64,000 nt of DNA from Candidatus Marinacidobacterales bacterium (GCA_965224085.1 CBDCYI010000011.1:224001-288000); one strand, 5' to 3'. Counted from the first letter of the stretch, positions 32,706 through 44,284 are shown. Program-made: numbers and translations. The notes: a model not told the origin generated them from the letters alone.

Positions 32706-33178
32706 GCTGCGAACGAGCCTGGCGGGAAATTGTCCTCTAGAATCCCGATCGAGCTCACCGGGGACGTCACCACGGTGCAGTCGTCGCTATGGAGCTCCAT
32801 CGATAGGCCTATCCAAATGCAGCTCATCTTCAGAAAGCTTCGGCCCAAGCTGGCGCCTGACAGTGTCACCTGCGCCGCGTCGGCGAAGAGCGAGCCTCCT
32901 TGGATCAAGACTTTCGACTTGAACGGTTCGAGGACCGTGATCTGATAGAAGGCACCGGCCGTTTTCACTTGCAGCACCGTTAACGATTCGAGCCTGGTCA
33001 GATTGATGCCTCGACCTTCGTTCAGCTCTTCGGAGAACCCGTCCAGCAAGCAGAGTCGGGGAACACGGTGGACCGTGGATTCGGGTTGGTGCTCACTCGA
33101 GGGTTCTTTGCCCGGGCCGGCCTCGACATCGGGCGTGTGAGGCTCGAGAAGCGCAGTCTTGTTGCTTCGATCGCTCAT
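32702..33178 (-). CDS. Hypothetical protein
   Basis: Open frame with strong RBS GGGAGG and an upstream sigma54 promoter. Confidence 0.7.
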   Translation of the reverse strand: MSDRSNKTALLEPHTPDVEAGPGKEPSSEHQPESTVHRVPRLCLLDGFSEELNEGRGINLTRLESLTVLQVKTAGAFYQITVLEPFKSKVLIQGGSLFADAAQVTLSGASLGRSFLKMSCIWIGLSMELHSDDCTVVTSPVSSIGILEDNFPPGSFAA

Positions 33179-33219
33179 GGACCCCTCCCTTGTTGTTTGT
33201 GGGCCTTCACACACAGATA

Positions 33220-33235
33220 AGCAATGTGCGTGCCA
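33220..33235 (-). promoter_or_regulatory. sigma54 -24/-12 promoter
   Basis: TGGCACGCACATTGCT, a full consensus match about 40 bp upstream of the ATG at 33178. Confidence 0.85.
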
Positions 33236-33480
33236 CCTGCGATGGGGCCGCTACACTGCCTAAATGGAGAGCATCGTGGGTAAACTCCCGCATACACTCG
33301 CAAATATTTGATCGCACCGACCTCTAGCTAGAGCCTGTTGCAAAACGTAACCGCTTTCACCGTTGGTTTCAATCCGCGTCCAATCGGGCAGCTGACAGAT
33401 CTGTGATTTGCCGGCGCCAAACGCGCCTGGATCGATCCGCAAGAATTTTCCCAACTATTTTGTATTTGGTCGTTTTTTTC

Positions 33481-33509
33481 TTGACTTGTAGCCTAAGGGA
33501 TGATATTTA
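33481..33509 (+). promoter_or_regulatory. Putative sigma70 promoter of the transposase
   Basis: TTGACT-N17-TATTTA with a TG extended -10. Confidence 0.4.
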
Positions 33510-33510
33510 T

Positions 33511-33994
33511 TAGGCGTTATAGGGACCGTTACCAGGCAGTCCGCCCTCTTCTACGTCAACTTCTCCAAACAGGCGTCGCTCATCAAGGATGATCTACTCG
33601 AACCCGTCGACACGCTCCTCGAGGACCCCGAGCTGATAGAACTGACGAGAGAATCGCTCGCTGGTCGTTTCCCGCTCTCACCGCGTACCGGCCGGGTGAG
33701 TATCGCGCCTGACCGCTTGCTCCGCAGCTGTGTACTCAAGCACATCAAAGGATAGGCGTTATAGGGACCGTTACCAGGCAGTCCGCCCTCTTCTACGTCA
33801 ACTTCTCCAAACAGGCGTCGCTCATCAAGGATGATCTACTCGAACCCGTCGACACGCTCCTCGAGGACCCCGAGCTGATAGAACTGACGAGAGAATCGCT
33901 CGCTGGTCGTTTCCCGCTCTCACCGCGTACCGGCCGGGTGAGTATCGCGCCTGACCGCTTGCTCCGCAGCTGTGTACTCAAGCACATCAAAGGA
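33511..33994 (+). repeat. 242-bp direct tandem duplication
   Basis: 33511-33752 repeated at 33753-33994. Confidence 0.95.
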
Positions 33995-35197
33995 TGGTCC
34001 TTCCGAGTCCTCGAGCGGGAGATCCGTTCTAGCCTCGTGTATCGGCGCTTCACTCGCTTCGACGACGATTCGATTCCCAACTACTCCACATTCAGTCGCA
34101 ACTTTTCCCTACTCGGTGATGCGTTCGTAGAGAAAATCCATGCCCGTGTGGTCGCTCAGGCTCGAGACGAAAAGGTGGCTACGGGACGCAAGTTACGCAC
34201 GGATACGACGGTAGTGGAGAGCAACATCCATTACCCCACAGATAGCTCACTGCTTGCCGATGGCATCCGGGTGCTCACCCGTAGTCTGAAGTGTATTGCA
34301 AAGGCTTGTGCTCAAGGTGCGCTCAAGGTGGTGGACCACAGCCGATCAACGAAAAACAGGCAGCTTGAGATCGACCGCGCCAGCAAGTCGTTCACCGAAT
34401 CGAGCCAAGTCAAGTTCAAGCAAAGTTATCGCAAGCTCATGGGCACGGCGCGCAGCGTGGTCCGGCAAGCCGACGAGGTTATTCAGTCGCTCAAGAGCGG
34501 AAAGCTTCCGGTCGTGGGTTCGCTGGTGAGCATCATAAGCAATCAGAGCCAACTCGAACATTATCTGCCACTGTGCAAAAAGGTGTTAGCTCAGACAAAG
34601 GCCCGTGTTTTAGGGGGCCATCGTCACCATCCGGACAAGATCGTCAGCCTGTTCGAGGAGCATACGGCCGTGATCCGAAAAGGCAAAACATGGAAGCCGA
34701 CCGAGTTTGGACGACTCGTGCGAATTGATGAGGTGGAGAACGGCATTGTTAGCCACTACGAAGTTGCCGCAGGCAATCCGGCGGACCAAACTCAGTGGAT
34801 GCCCGCGCTGGAGCAACACAAAAAACAGTTCGCTCGTGCGCCGGAGATGGCGACCGCTGACCGCGGATTCTTTTCGGCAGACAATGAACGCAAGGCCATA
34901 GATCTCGGTGTAAAGAAAGTGGTGTTGCCGGCTCGAGGACGACCCTCGAAAAAACGAGCCAAGGTTCAAAAAAAGCGCTGGTTCCGTCGAGCCCTCAAGT
35001 GGCGCGGGGGCGTCGAGTCCCGCATCAGCACCCTCAAGCACCGCTTCGCTATGCTTCGCGCCACCTACAAGGGCGACCGAGGATTCAAGCGTTACGTCGG
35101 GTGGTGCGTTATCAGCCAAAACCTCATATCGATCGCTCGAGTCAAGCGGCGAAGAAAGGACAGCGAAAATGCCGAACCCTCATTCCGATCCACGTAA
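33761..35197 (+). CDS. ISNCY/IS5-like DDE transposase (start codon unclear)
   Basis: RTDTTVVESNIHYPTDSSLL, KIVSLFE, KGK..KPTEFG, ADRGF, WRGGVESRISTLK. Confidence 0.88.
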   Translation: MGTVTRQSALFYVNFSKQASLIKDDLLEPVDTLLEDPELIELTRESLAGRFPLSPRTGRVSIAPDRLLRSCVLKHIKGWSFRVLEREIRSSLVYRRFTRFDDDSIPNYSTFSRNFSLLGDAFVEKIHARVVAQARDEKVATGRKLRTDTTVVESNIHYPTDSSLLADGIRVLTRSLKCIAKACAQGALKVVDHSRSTKNRQLEIDRASKSFTESSQVKFKQSYRKLMGTARSVVRQADEVIQSLKSGKLPVVGSLVSIISNQSQLEHYLPLCKKVLAQTKARVLGGHRHHPDKIVSLFEEHTAVIRKGKTWKPTEFGRLVRIDEVENGIVSHYEVAAGNPADQTQWMPALEQHKKQFARAPEMATADRGFFSADNERKAIDLGVKKVVLPARGRPSKKRAKVQKKRWFRRALKWRGGVESRISTLKHRFAMLRATYKGDRGFKRYVGWCVISQNLISIARVKRRRKDSENAEPSFRST

Positions 35198-35518
35198 ACG
35201 TCGGGACCAGCTCCTACAACAGATTCAACAATATGCGCGAAGGGCGAGGCGATCTTCGGCACACCCTCCGAAACCTATCGTACCTGCGGTACGCCCACTT
35301 GTCGGTGCCACGGGCCCGGGCCAAAGCATGGCCCTCACCTCTATATCAATTTTCGTGGCAAGCACGGCAAGACTACCGGCTACTATGTGCCCCAAGCCGC
35401 ACACAAGCGTATCCGCGAAGGCGTCGCCGCATGGCAGAGCTTGCAGGATTGTCTGCGAGAACTCGCGGACATCAACAAGCAAAATACGCTCGACCGTGCC
35501 CGACAGGCGCGTTCCTAA
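35169..35518 (+). pseudogene. DUF6788-like small Cys/His protein inside the IS, frameshifted near 35245
   Basis: MPNPHSDPRKRRDQLL, then in another frame GTPSETYRTCGTPTCRCHGPGPKHGPHLY...LRELADIN*. Confidence 0.7.
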
Positions 35519-35605
35519 CAAGCAGTACAACCAACGGCCTCACTCCTGTGCTCAAACAAATGAACGCCTTGACGCTAAACGGGCTTTTGCAACAGCCTCT
35601 AGCTA

Positions 35606-36045
35606 GTTCCTGTCCAGAAACACCATAACTTGTTGTGTACGAGAGGCCTATCGAAGATGTGGGTATTATACGTTTTCAGTCGGCACCTCGTAGGCTCGGA
35701 AGCGAATGAAAATCTTGGACGAAACGAGAGGCGAATCGTCAGCAATCCATGGCTATAAACGCAGTAAGAGCAATCATTATTATCGTAATAGGTGCCTTGC
35801 CATTACCAACAGGTTGCAGGTGATGATGGAACTCCATACGTAGGATTTGAAAGAAGGCAATGAGCGCCATGTGCATCGGTCGAGACCAAAGACTCGTTTC
35901 AAGAACGAAATGACGCCTTCGATTCCGCAGCGAAATCGCCGTAGGCGTTGATAGACCCAGGAACTCTTGACCATATCGGTCACCGCGAAGTGAGCCTTGG
36001 TAAAGGCAACATCTTCAACTCCCTTGCCTTTGATGGCTTCCAAGT
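35606..36045 (-). mobile_element. Remnant of a second ISNCY-type element (transposase C-terminus plus right end)
   Basis: GVEDVAFTK...LRRFRCGIEGVISFLKRVFGLDRCTW; likely end GTTCCTGTCCAGAAAC abuts CTAG. Confidence 0.8.
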
Positions 36046-36454
36046 TTGCCTTTGAAACGGCGGCACCGTGATCAACCCCCGCGGGTTAGCGGCACAGCTT
36101 CATGGAGGCGGGCTGCAAGGCGTGGGTCTGGCACGCAGCCAACGGTGGGTTTACGACCCGAAGTGGGGTGTCGCGTTCACGGACAAGCTCGTCAACGCCA
36201 AACCACCATCCATTCTCGACGTTCCCTTGGACATGGGCGCGGGCTTTGTAGATCTGCCGGATCCGACCACGCCCGTCGGAGCGCGGGGAATCGGCGAAGC
36301 GGCGTTCGGATCTGGAGTCGCGGCTGTGGTGTGTGCGGTACAAGACGCCATGGGAAAGGGCGTCTTCAAGCGGACACCGCTTTTGACCGATGTGCTCTTG
36401 AACATGGTCGAACAAAGGCCTCAGGCTTACAACACCCTAACGGCTCACGTTTAA
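36046..36454 (+). pseudogene. Xanthine dehydrogenase-family Mo-binding subunit, C-terminal fragment
   Basis: GTVINP..QLHGGGLQGVG, GARGIGE, AVQDA. Confidence 0.8.
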
Positions 36455-37116
36455 CTCCTCATCGACTCGTGTGAGGAGCGCTTTTTGCTGCGCGTTCAGC
36501 CGAACGCCCGGCCGGGCCTTCCGCACCGTCGCCACCGCCTCGTCCACACTCTTTGCCGCGCCGCGCGCCAAGAGGAGGGCGGCGACGAGCGTTCCCGAGC
36601 GCCCATGCCCCTGGGCGCAGTGAACGTAGGTAGACCCGTCGATGCGGTTGACTGTTTCTACGAGCTCTACGAATTGCCCGTCGACAGGAACGGAAGCATC
36701 CAACGTGGGAACGCAGATGTAGTCACGGCCGTTCCGAACACCTTCGGGCTCGGGAAACTCCGCCGTCAAGTCGACCACAGCGTTAAGGTCCGCGGGCAGC
36801 TCGTGAGCGAGAGGACGGCGGCCTAAGTAGAGGCCGGGTGCTACGCGGTTGTAGCAGTCTTCCTTGATAAGCAGCCGTGCCAGATGCCAGATGCCCCAGT
36901 AAAAAGAAAGTAGGGTAGTAGCGCCATGAGCGCCAACGAAGCGATGGTCCCATCGGAGCGTTTTCCGAAGACGCTCGGACCGAGCCCGAAATAGGCGCAA
37001 GCCACGGCGAGGAAGCTCAGACCTGGCCAAATCCAGAGCAAGCGGAGGCCGACACCCTGGAACGCGAAGTAGCAAAAGCTACCGCCTAGAAGGAGGAGCA
37101 GAACTCCGTGTTTCAT
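36437..37116 (-). pseudogene. Membrane-anchored dual-specificity phosphatase, frameshift near 36905
   Basis: GLYLGRRP, VDLTAEF, HCAQGHGRS; TM N-terminus lies in another frame. Confidence 0.8.
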
Positions 37117-37490
37117 AGCGTCTCGGACTCGGAAGCGTCGAAGCCCGGGTTCAAGCGAGCCCAGAAAACGCCGTGATAATTTGGGCTTCTCATCTCGAGC
37201 AGGATGAGAGCGATGGTCAAGGGTGTTTGCGAGGCGAGAATTCCGGCCCAGCGCAGCTCATCATGGAAGAGCCAAAACCCGATATTCGCAAGAAAGAGGA
37301 TGCTCCAGAATAGCTCGTAACTCCGGCGGAGTCGGAAGACGTTACAAAAGAGGAAGAAGTGGCCGAGGGTCACGGGAAAAAGAAGCGCCACCGCTCCGAG
37401 GAGCCGCCAGGAGATCCCAGTGGCGAGAGCACACAAGACGATCGCGACGGCGTCCTGCCACCAGAAACGAAACCCAGCGAGGCGATTCAA
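37113..37490 (-). CDS. Hypothetical membrane protein
   Basis: HFFLFCNVFR..R..EL.W and YHGV; stop overlaps the next start. Confidence 0.7.
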   Translation of the reverse strand: MNRLAGFRFWWQDAVAIVLCALATGISWRLLGAVALLFPVTLGHFFLFCNVFRLRRSYELFWSILFLANIGFWLFHDELRWAGILASQTPLTIALILLEMRSPNYHGVFWARLNPGFDASESETL

Positions 37491-37613
37491 TGTGCTTAGT
37501 GCTCGCTCTTTCTTGACCTTGCGCCGAGCTTCGCCCGGCGAGCCGTCAGCCCTTTCCGGCCGGGGGAGCGAAGCGAGCAGCAGGGTGCCGATGACCTTCT
37601 TTTCAGCACCCTG

Positions 37614-38518
37614 CTAGACGTTGAGCTCGACGGCGTGCACGGTACCGCTTGCGCCGAGGGTGACTAGAAGCTCGCCGAAACGTGTGTCGAAGTTTCTGGT
37701 CCTGAGGTCGCGACAGGTGAGCATCACATTTTTCTCGTTCTTTCGGATCTGTACCACGTGGTAGAGAGGAGAGAGCGCCCGCATCGCCTGATATTCCGGG
37801 ATCGCTTCGAGAATCGTCGCGTAGTAGGGCCGTCGTGAATCTTCTGGAGACTTTCGCCAGAAAGGCGGCCGCGGATCGCACTCAAGTCGAAGAGGTGGAC
37901 CTCACCGTCGATGGGCCGCGCCCCGATGAACTTCCACGGGATGAAGGCGGTGGGCAGAAGCGACACGGTTCCTTCCGGTGCAAGCCGCCCGGCCCGCCTC
38001 CTCAAAACGATGCGCACCATCCAGTAGACGAAAAGAAAAGCCACGTAAGCGTAGGCCAACCCGAGACCCGGCATCTTGGCCCTAGCGAGGTCAGAATAGA
38101 TGCCGGCCAATGCTGCGACCGTGACGGCGATGAGGGGCAGGTCGATAAAAAAGACCCACTCCCGACAGAAGCGCTTGTCCGAGAACGGCGCCAGAAGGGT
38201 AATGCCGTACGTGTTGCTGAAGTCGAGCACGCTGTGAAAGCACATGCCCAAAGCGAGGCCGAAGGCCACGTGATGGCCGGGAAAGCCGAGCGCGGCCGAC
38301 ACGACATAGGCCGCCGCGGCTATGGCCGCAATGACGGGAAACGCGTGCGAGTACGTCTGGTGGAACTTGAGAAAACTACGACGCCCTGCGATGCGGCTCA
38401 TCGCATCCAGGTCGGGGGCGACCGATCCCATCATGAAGGCGATGGAAGCCTCTGGGTAGTCCGCCATGAAGGGAGCCGCGATGACCACGCCCATCATGCC
38501 ATGCGTGACGATGTCCAT
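37614..38518 (-). pseudogene. Inner-membrane metal-dependent hydrolase (YdjM/YfhP-like), frameshift near 37825
   Basis: MDIVTH, APDLD, HQTYSHA, HSVLD..NTYG, FFID. Confidence 0.75.
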
Positions 38519-38618
38519 GGGAGCTCTGTGTTCTTCAATTGTACCGAAAAAAACGCGCTCACCAGGACTCGCCTCAAAACGCGAACTTCCAGCTCTCTTT
38601 GGTATTATCCCACCACCC

Positions 38619-39980
38619 ATGCGATATGTGCTCTTGTTGCTGGCTGCGCTCGGAGCGGTCTCGATGGCTTCTCCGGCTTTTCCCCAGGCTGGACGCCAAC
38701 ATCGAGTGGTGCGCGTCAGTCCTAGCACCGCGATCAGGCCGAGTGAAGTTTCCGTCGCCATCAACCCAGCGCGGCCCGACAATGTCGTGGCCGTCTCGCT
38801 ACAGGGACGAAGCCCGACAACGGACTACGCCTATGTGAGCTTCGACGGCGGCACGACGTGGGTCAGCGTCGAAGGACCCAACCCGAACGCGCGCACGCAA
38901 GGCGATGACGCGGTCGTGTTCGACGACGCGGGCCAGGCGTTGTGGTCGTACATTTCCTTCAACGGCTTGAGGTCCGAGAGGCCCACGGACGCTGCGAACG
39001 GGATCTTCGTGAATCGTTCCGAAGATGGTGGCCGAAGCTGGTCAGAACCCGTCACCGTCGTGGATCACAAAAACGCGATCGCGCCATTCGAGGACAAGCC
39101 TTGGCTCGTCGCAGGACCCGACAACCGCGTCTACATCGCGTGGACCCGCTTCTCGAAATACGGTAGTGCGGATCTTCAGGAAACAAGCCATATCTACTTC
39201 TCCTTGTCTGAAGACGGCGGCCAAACGTTCGCCGCGCCCTTCCGGGTGTCGGACGCGCCCGGGGACGCTATCGATAGTGATGGCACACTCGAAGGCGTCG
39301 TGCCCGCGATCGGCGTCGACGGCGAAGTCTATTTGGTCTGGTCGGGCCCGCAAGGGCTCGTCTTCGACAAGTCGACGGACGGTGGTTGGACCTTTGGCGA
39401 GGACCGCGTCATCGGGCCGCATCCGGGAGGCTGGGACATCGACATCGAAGGCATCGGCCGGGCGAACGGAATGCCGGTCACGGGCGTCGACCGATCGCAG
39501 GGCGCTTTTCGAGGCACGCTGTACGTCAATTGGATCGACCATCGTCATGGGGATCCCGATGTGTTCGTCACTTATTCGCGGGACAGAGGCGACAGCTGGG
39601 CTCCGCCCGTTCGCGTGCATGGCGATCCGATCGGCAATGGCGCGGAGCAATTCTTTAATTGGATGGCGGTCGACCCCATCGACGGCTCGGTCAACGTTGC
39701 CTTCTACGATCGCCACGGGCACGACACCATGGCGACGGGTGTGACGCTCGCGCGCACCACCGATGGCGGGGCGAGCTTCGAGACCTCTCAGGTAGCGATC
39801 GAGCCGTTCGAGACGAACGACGATGTTTTCTTCGGCGACTATCTCGGGGTCGCAGCCTATGGCGGGCGCGTCGTAATGGTGTTCAGCCACTTCACGACGC
39901 CATCCGACTTGGCGCTCTCCGCCGCGCTATTCCGGTTTCGCTCGGGTCACCCCGCTCACCCAGCGCGACCACTACGGTGA
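38619..39980 (+). CDS. Sialidase-like BNR/Asp-box repeat protein
   Basis: Signal peptide; six SxDGGxTW/F-like boxes; DKPW; GDY. Confidence 0.85.
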   Translation: MRYVLLLLAALGAVSMASPAFPQAGRQHRVVRVSPSTAIRPSEVSVAINPARPDNVVAVSLQGRSPTTDYAYVSFDGGTTWVSVEGPNPNARTQGDDAVVFDDAGQALWSYISFNGLRSERPTDAANGIFVNRSEDGGRSWSEPVTVVDHKNAIAPFEDKPWLVAGPDNRVYIAWTRFSKYGSADLQETSHIYFSLSEDGGQTFAAPFRVSDAPGDAIDSDGTLEGVVPAIGVDGEVYLVWSGPQGLVFDKSTDGGWTFGEDRVIGPHPGGWDIDIEGIGRANGMPVTGVDRSQGAFRGTLYVNWIDHRHGDPDVFVTYSRDRGDSWAPPVRVHGDPIGNGAEQFFNWMAVDPIDGSVNVAFYDRHGHDTMATGVTLARTTDGGASFETSQVAIEPFETNDDVFFGDYLGVAAYGGRVVMVFSHFTTPSDLALSAALFRFRSGHPAHPARPLR

Positions 39981-40144
39981 GCTCCGTCTTCTACTCGATC
40001 CCGTGCGATGTCAGGACGGCGTTTATCGAACCTGCAACCGTTTTCCTAACGCGGGCACCCGAACTGTAGGAACTTTCGCCTCCGCTGTAGGGGTTTCCAT
40101 ACCACAGTTTCCGGTAAGTGCCTGCAAATTAAAGAACGCCCCGC

Positions 40145-40160
40145 CGGCACGCCTCTTGCA
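40145..40160 (+). promoter_or_regulatory. sigma54 promoter of the minor pilin operon
   Basis: CGGCACGCCTCTTGCA, GG-N10-GC, about 40 bp upstream of pilX. Confidence 0.75.
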
Positions 40161-40200
40161 TTATCGGGTCTGAACCCTGGGATAAAGGAGACGTTTGGAT

Positions 40201-40965
40201 ATGAGCACTGCTAAGAGAGGACCCCTTTGTGGAAACCAAGGCTCGGCCTTCGTCATTTCCATCCTTGTACTGTTCATGTTGACGGTCCTGGGGCTGGCGC
40301 TGATGCTGACCACTTCGACCGAGAAGGATATCGCCATCAACTACCGATGGGGACAGCAGGCGTTTTTCAATGCCGATGCCGGGCTCGAGTACGGAAAGAA
40401 CGTGCTCGCCTCCTGGGCGCTCCAAGACGGGGATTTCCGGAACGTCTTGCCGCCCGCTCGAGCTGTCGCTTCGATGACCCTCAAACCGAACGATGTTGGC
40501 GCCTGCGCCGACGAAGCGACGGCCGGTTGCCGAGACTACCAATACGCTATCGACCTGGACGCCGCCACGAAGATGTATATCGGGAAGGTGCTCCGCGACA
40601 TCAATGGGCGGCTCGTGCAATACGACTTCCGTCTACCGGTAGGCAACGACACGCTGAATGACATCGACTTCGATGGCGCCGATGACGTGCAGGGTACCGT
40701 GACCCTTTGGGTGCGCCGGCCGCTCGTCGGCGGTGCCGACTACGTCGACGACGACCGCATTATTCTGACGGCCGAAGGCACCGCGCCCGGCGGTCAGGGC
40801 ATTGGCGCGGGACGCAACGTCGCGATGCGGCGTCTGGAGCAGACGCTCCTGTTTTCGCGGCCCGGCGGCGGCGGCGGCGGCGACAGATATTCGGACGTCA
40901 CGAAAGGCTCCGATACGACGTCCACCGCAGCGGAGGCTGGTCTGGTGGCGGGAGCCATCCAATAG
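40201..40965 (+). CDS. pilX: Type IV pilus PilX-like minor pilin
   Basis: NQG|SAFVISILVLFMLTVLGL, AFFNADAGLE. Confidence 0.85.
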   Translation: MSTAKRGPLCGNQGSAFVISILVLFMLTVLGLALMLTTSTEKDIAINYRWGQQAFFNADAGLEYGKNVLASWALQDGDFRNVLPPARAVASMTLKPNDVGACADEATAGCRDYQYAIDLDAATKMYIGKVLRDINGRLVQYDFRLPVGNDTLNDIDFDGADDVQGTVTLWVRRPLVGGADYVDDDRIILTAEGTAPGGQGIGAGRNVAMRRLEQTLLFSRPGGGGGGDRYSDVTKGSDTTSTAAEAGLVAGAIQ

Positions 40966-40998
40966 TTTCGAAAGTGAGTGTGTGGGAAGGTTGGGGAA

Positions 40999-43900
40999 AT
41001 GTCTGTAAGCAGAAGTAGCTCCTATGGGAGAAAGTTTTTGAGAAACGTCGTCATGGCGTTCTGTCTGGCGGTGGTCGCAGTAACGTACACAGCGACTTTC
41101 ACCCAGGACATCAATGCACAGGGAGCCAACAACAACGATCCGGCCGATTGCACCATCACCCGAGGTCAAGACCCGTTTGACGTTTTGCACTCCGGCCTCC
41201 GCCACAACGTGTGGTTCGTGCTCGATTCTTCCGGGTCCATGGACGGGAAGCTCCCGGGAACCAATCTAAGGAAGAAAAACGTTGCGAGAGACATCATAAG
41301 GGATCTCATGACGACGCTCGTGGACGCCTCCGGGAGCCCTCTCGTCAACTGGGGCTACTTCCCGTACTCTACTTCTAACCCTGCGGACAAGACTTGCCCT
41401 TCGTCACTTCCGCCTCCGGCTTCCCAGGACCCCAACGGCGACGGTTTCATGGACAATCCCGGCGGCTGCGACGGGCTCAACACGAGTAACAATGTCCACC
41501 CCTCCACCAGCGCATGCGGCGAAAACAACCTAAACGACATCTTCGACGCCATGGACGCCACGAACTTCACTTCAGGAACGCCGATTGGTATCGGCTACGA
41601 TCAAATCAGCGACATCATCGAGGCTGGCTACTTCAACAACCTCGGGCCGGGCCAGAAGAACTTCATCATCCATTTGACGGATGGTCAGGAGACGTGTGAG
41701 TGCCAGACATTTGAGTACCAGAACGGCGGCACCAGCGTCAATATTCGCGGAAGCTCCACCGGATGGGGTGTCACCACGTTCAACGCTTCAGACAACGCGA
41801 GTAGGCGAACTTTCAACGCCGGCCTCAAGGCGGAGGAGTCGCTGCGACAGATCGATCCGGATCTCGATGGCTCGAAGGGCAACATCTTCCTGGTGGGGAT
41901 GGGCCTCGAACCCGATAGAAAGGAGAGGGCGAACCATATCGCATGGCTCGGTTCGGGCGCGAGAATCGCCGGCCGCGAGAATCGCCGGCCGCGATCCGTC
42001 ACTCAAGTTCCCCGCCTTCTTCGGTGATGACCCCGACGAGTTCCTCGCGGTGCTCACGGAGATTATCGGGATCATCTCGACCCCGGACGCCGAGGTCAGC
42101 CTAGGGCAGTCCGTGGTCGGTTCGGTCAAGGAGCTCATCCCGCTCGCCGATTCCACGATCACCAGCGACGACATTCTCGCCGCCCGTATCGCTGGAGCGC
42201 TCGACGAGGACGACACCGACGAGGCACGAGAGATTCGTGCCGCCTTTCCCAATAACATTCTTTTCTCTACGGCGGTTGTCACCCCGGCGTGGGAAGGACA
42301 TTTGAAGGCGTTCAACATCTACGAAGTCGTCGACAAGGGCCTGCCAACAGAGAGACGGGTCGCCGATTTCACGCAGATCTGGGACGCGGGTGAGAAGCTA
42401 CGCGACACCGATCCCGACGATCGGACGGTCCTCTTCAATCGCCTCGGTGACGCGCCTGGCTCTTTTCCGATGAGCTTCGACGTCGGCAGCGTGCAGGCCT
42501 CGGATCTGAACGTCGCCGCAGGCTTTCTCTCGGAGCTCGACGGGACCGGCGCCGAGACGGCCGCGGATGCGGCGGAGATTGTCGTGCGCGTGATCCGGGG
42601 CGAGCGTTTGTCGATGCACCCTACAAACGGGCTGTACCAAGACTCTGGCCGGACCATTCTAAACTTCTCGAAGTTCAAGGCAGATGGGACGACACCCACC
42701 TGGAAGCTCTACGACCCGACCAATGCCGGTCCGACGGTCGTGCTCAACCCGCCTCGCTCGCCCGATGAAAACGGCCCTCTTTATCACGCACCGGAATACG
42801 GGAGCGATTTCGACGTCGGTTTCTTCTGGGAGCACATCAACCGTACCACCGTGGTCCATCTGGGCACCAATGGTGGACCGATGCACGCTTTCCGTGCCGA
42901 AAACGGCGCTGAGCTCTACGCCTACGTTCCGGGCGACGTGCTTCCGAAGCTGGAGTCCTTTGTCCGGCTCGTGGTCAGCCAGCGGAACGGGTACCTCAAC
43001 CACGAGTTCATGGTCGCGAGCGCCGCGTCCGTCGAGGATGCGTTCTTTCAGACGGATCAGTCCTGGCACACTATACTCGCCTTCGGCCGTGGACCAGGTG
43101 GCAAGTATCTATCCGCGCTCGACATCTCGAACATTCCGGATTGGGACGGTACGACAACGAACGAAACTCCGATCGATGAGTCCGATCTTACCCATCTACC
43201 GAGGCTTCGTTTCACCGTCGGCAACGCCGAGGCCACCGTGGACTCCGACGGTCAAGGCGAAAATTATGACGGGCTCGGCGAAACTTGGTCTGTTCCTGTC
43301 ATCGGGATGGTCGCGGAAGGCACGGGCGATCAAGCCGTCTTGTTCGCGGGATCCGGCTACGGATGTGACGGCACGGATCAGGGCATGTACTTCTACGTGC
43401 TGAACCTCGAAGACGGAACCGTCCACAGGAAGTTCGGCCCGATTGGCGACGATAATCAAGCAGCTGTCGACGACAACAGGCTCGTCGCGACACCGACCCT
43501 CTTTTGGCACGATGATCTCGTCACGCGGGTCTATATCGGCGATCTTCAGGGCAAAGTCCACAAGATGGACACGTCAAACTCCGACAAGGCGCAGTGGACC
43601 TTCAACGAGTTCTACGCGCTGGGAGTCGATCAACCCATCTCCGCCCCAATCGCCACTTTCGTGAACGGGGCCTCGCAAGTTCAACTCTTTGTCGGAACGG
43701 GTGGTGACACCCGCGTGAGCTTGGCTTCTGGAGAGTACTTCAAGTTGGTCGGGCTCATCGACGCGGACATAGAGGGGCAGAACACGCCAGGAACGCTCAT
43801 GACGACGACGTCGGGAACGTTCGAGGTGGACTTGCCTCAAGACGAGAGAATCTTTGTCGCGCCGGTGACGGCGCCGACGCCGAACGGTAACGGCGCTGTT

Positions 43901-44236
43901 TTCTTCGCGAGCACCGCTCCTGGGATCGATCCGGTGACGTGCGCGAATATCTTCACCAGCACGCTCTTCGGCTTTGGTGCGACGACGGGTACGGCGGATT
44001 TCGATATGGACGATTCTCAAGCGGGTACGCAGAGCTCGACCCATGTCGCAAACACCAAAGTTACCGGTCTCTTTCATCGAGAGGGGCATCTCTACATCAG
44101 CAAGAGCGGCGGTCTCAATGCGACAGGAAGTACCGAGGTTCGCGGCAGCGACGAGTTCCCGCAGATCTCGGGTGGGGGTACGTTGGGGAATGCCTTAACG
44201 TTCTCGCTGAGCGGCTATCGGTTCTCACCGTTCTAG
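40999..44236 (+). pseudogene. pilY1: PilY1/PilC-like adhesin with vWA domain, frameshifted by a 16-bp duplication
   Basis: LDSSGSM, GTP, LTDG; WEGHLKAF, WDAG, GTNGGPMHAF..GAELYAYVP, LGETWSVP, VYIGDLQGKV. Confidence 0.88.
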
Positions 44237-44251
44237 GCTCGTATGGGCCCG

Positions 44252-44284
44252 ATGCCGCCACGGACGTCACATCCGTGGCGGCAT
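44252..44284. repeat. REP-like perfect 13-bp hairpin
   Basis: ATGCCGCCACGGA-7nt-TCCGTGGCGGCAT, no U-tract. Confidence 0.6.

Larger units (their letters stand above)
33331..35599 (+). mobile_element. ISNCY/IS5-like element with an internal 242-bp duplication and a passenger ORF
   Basis: 15-bp IRs GAG(C/G)CTGTTGCAAAA; CTAGCTAG at both boundaries. Confidence 0.88.
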
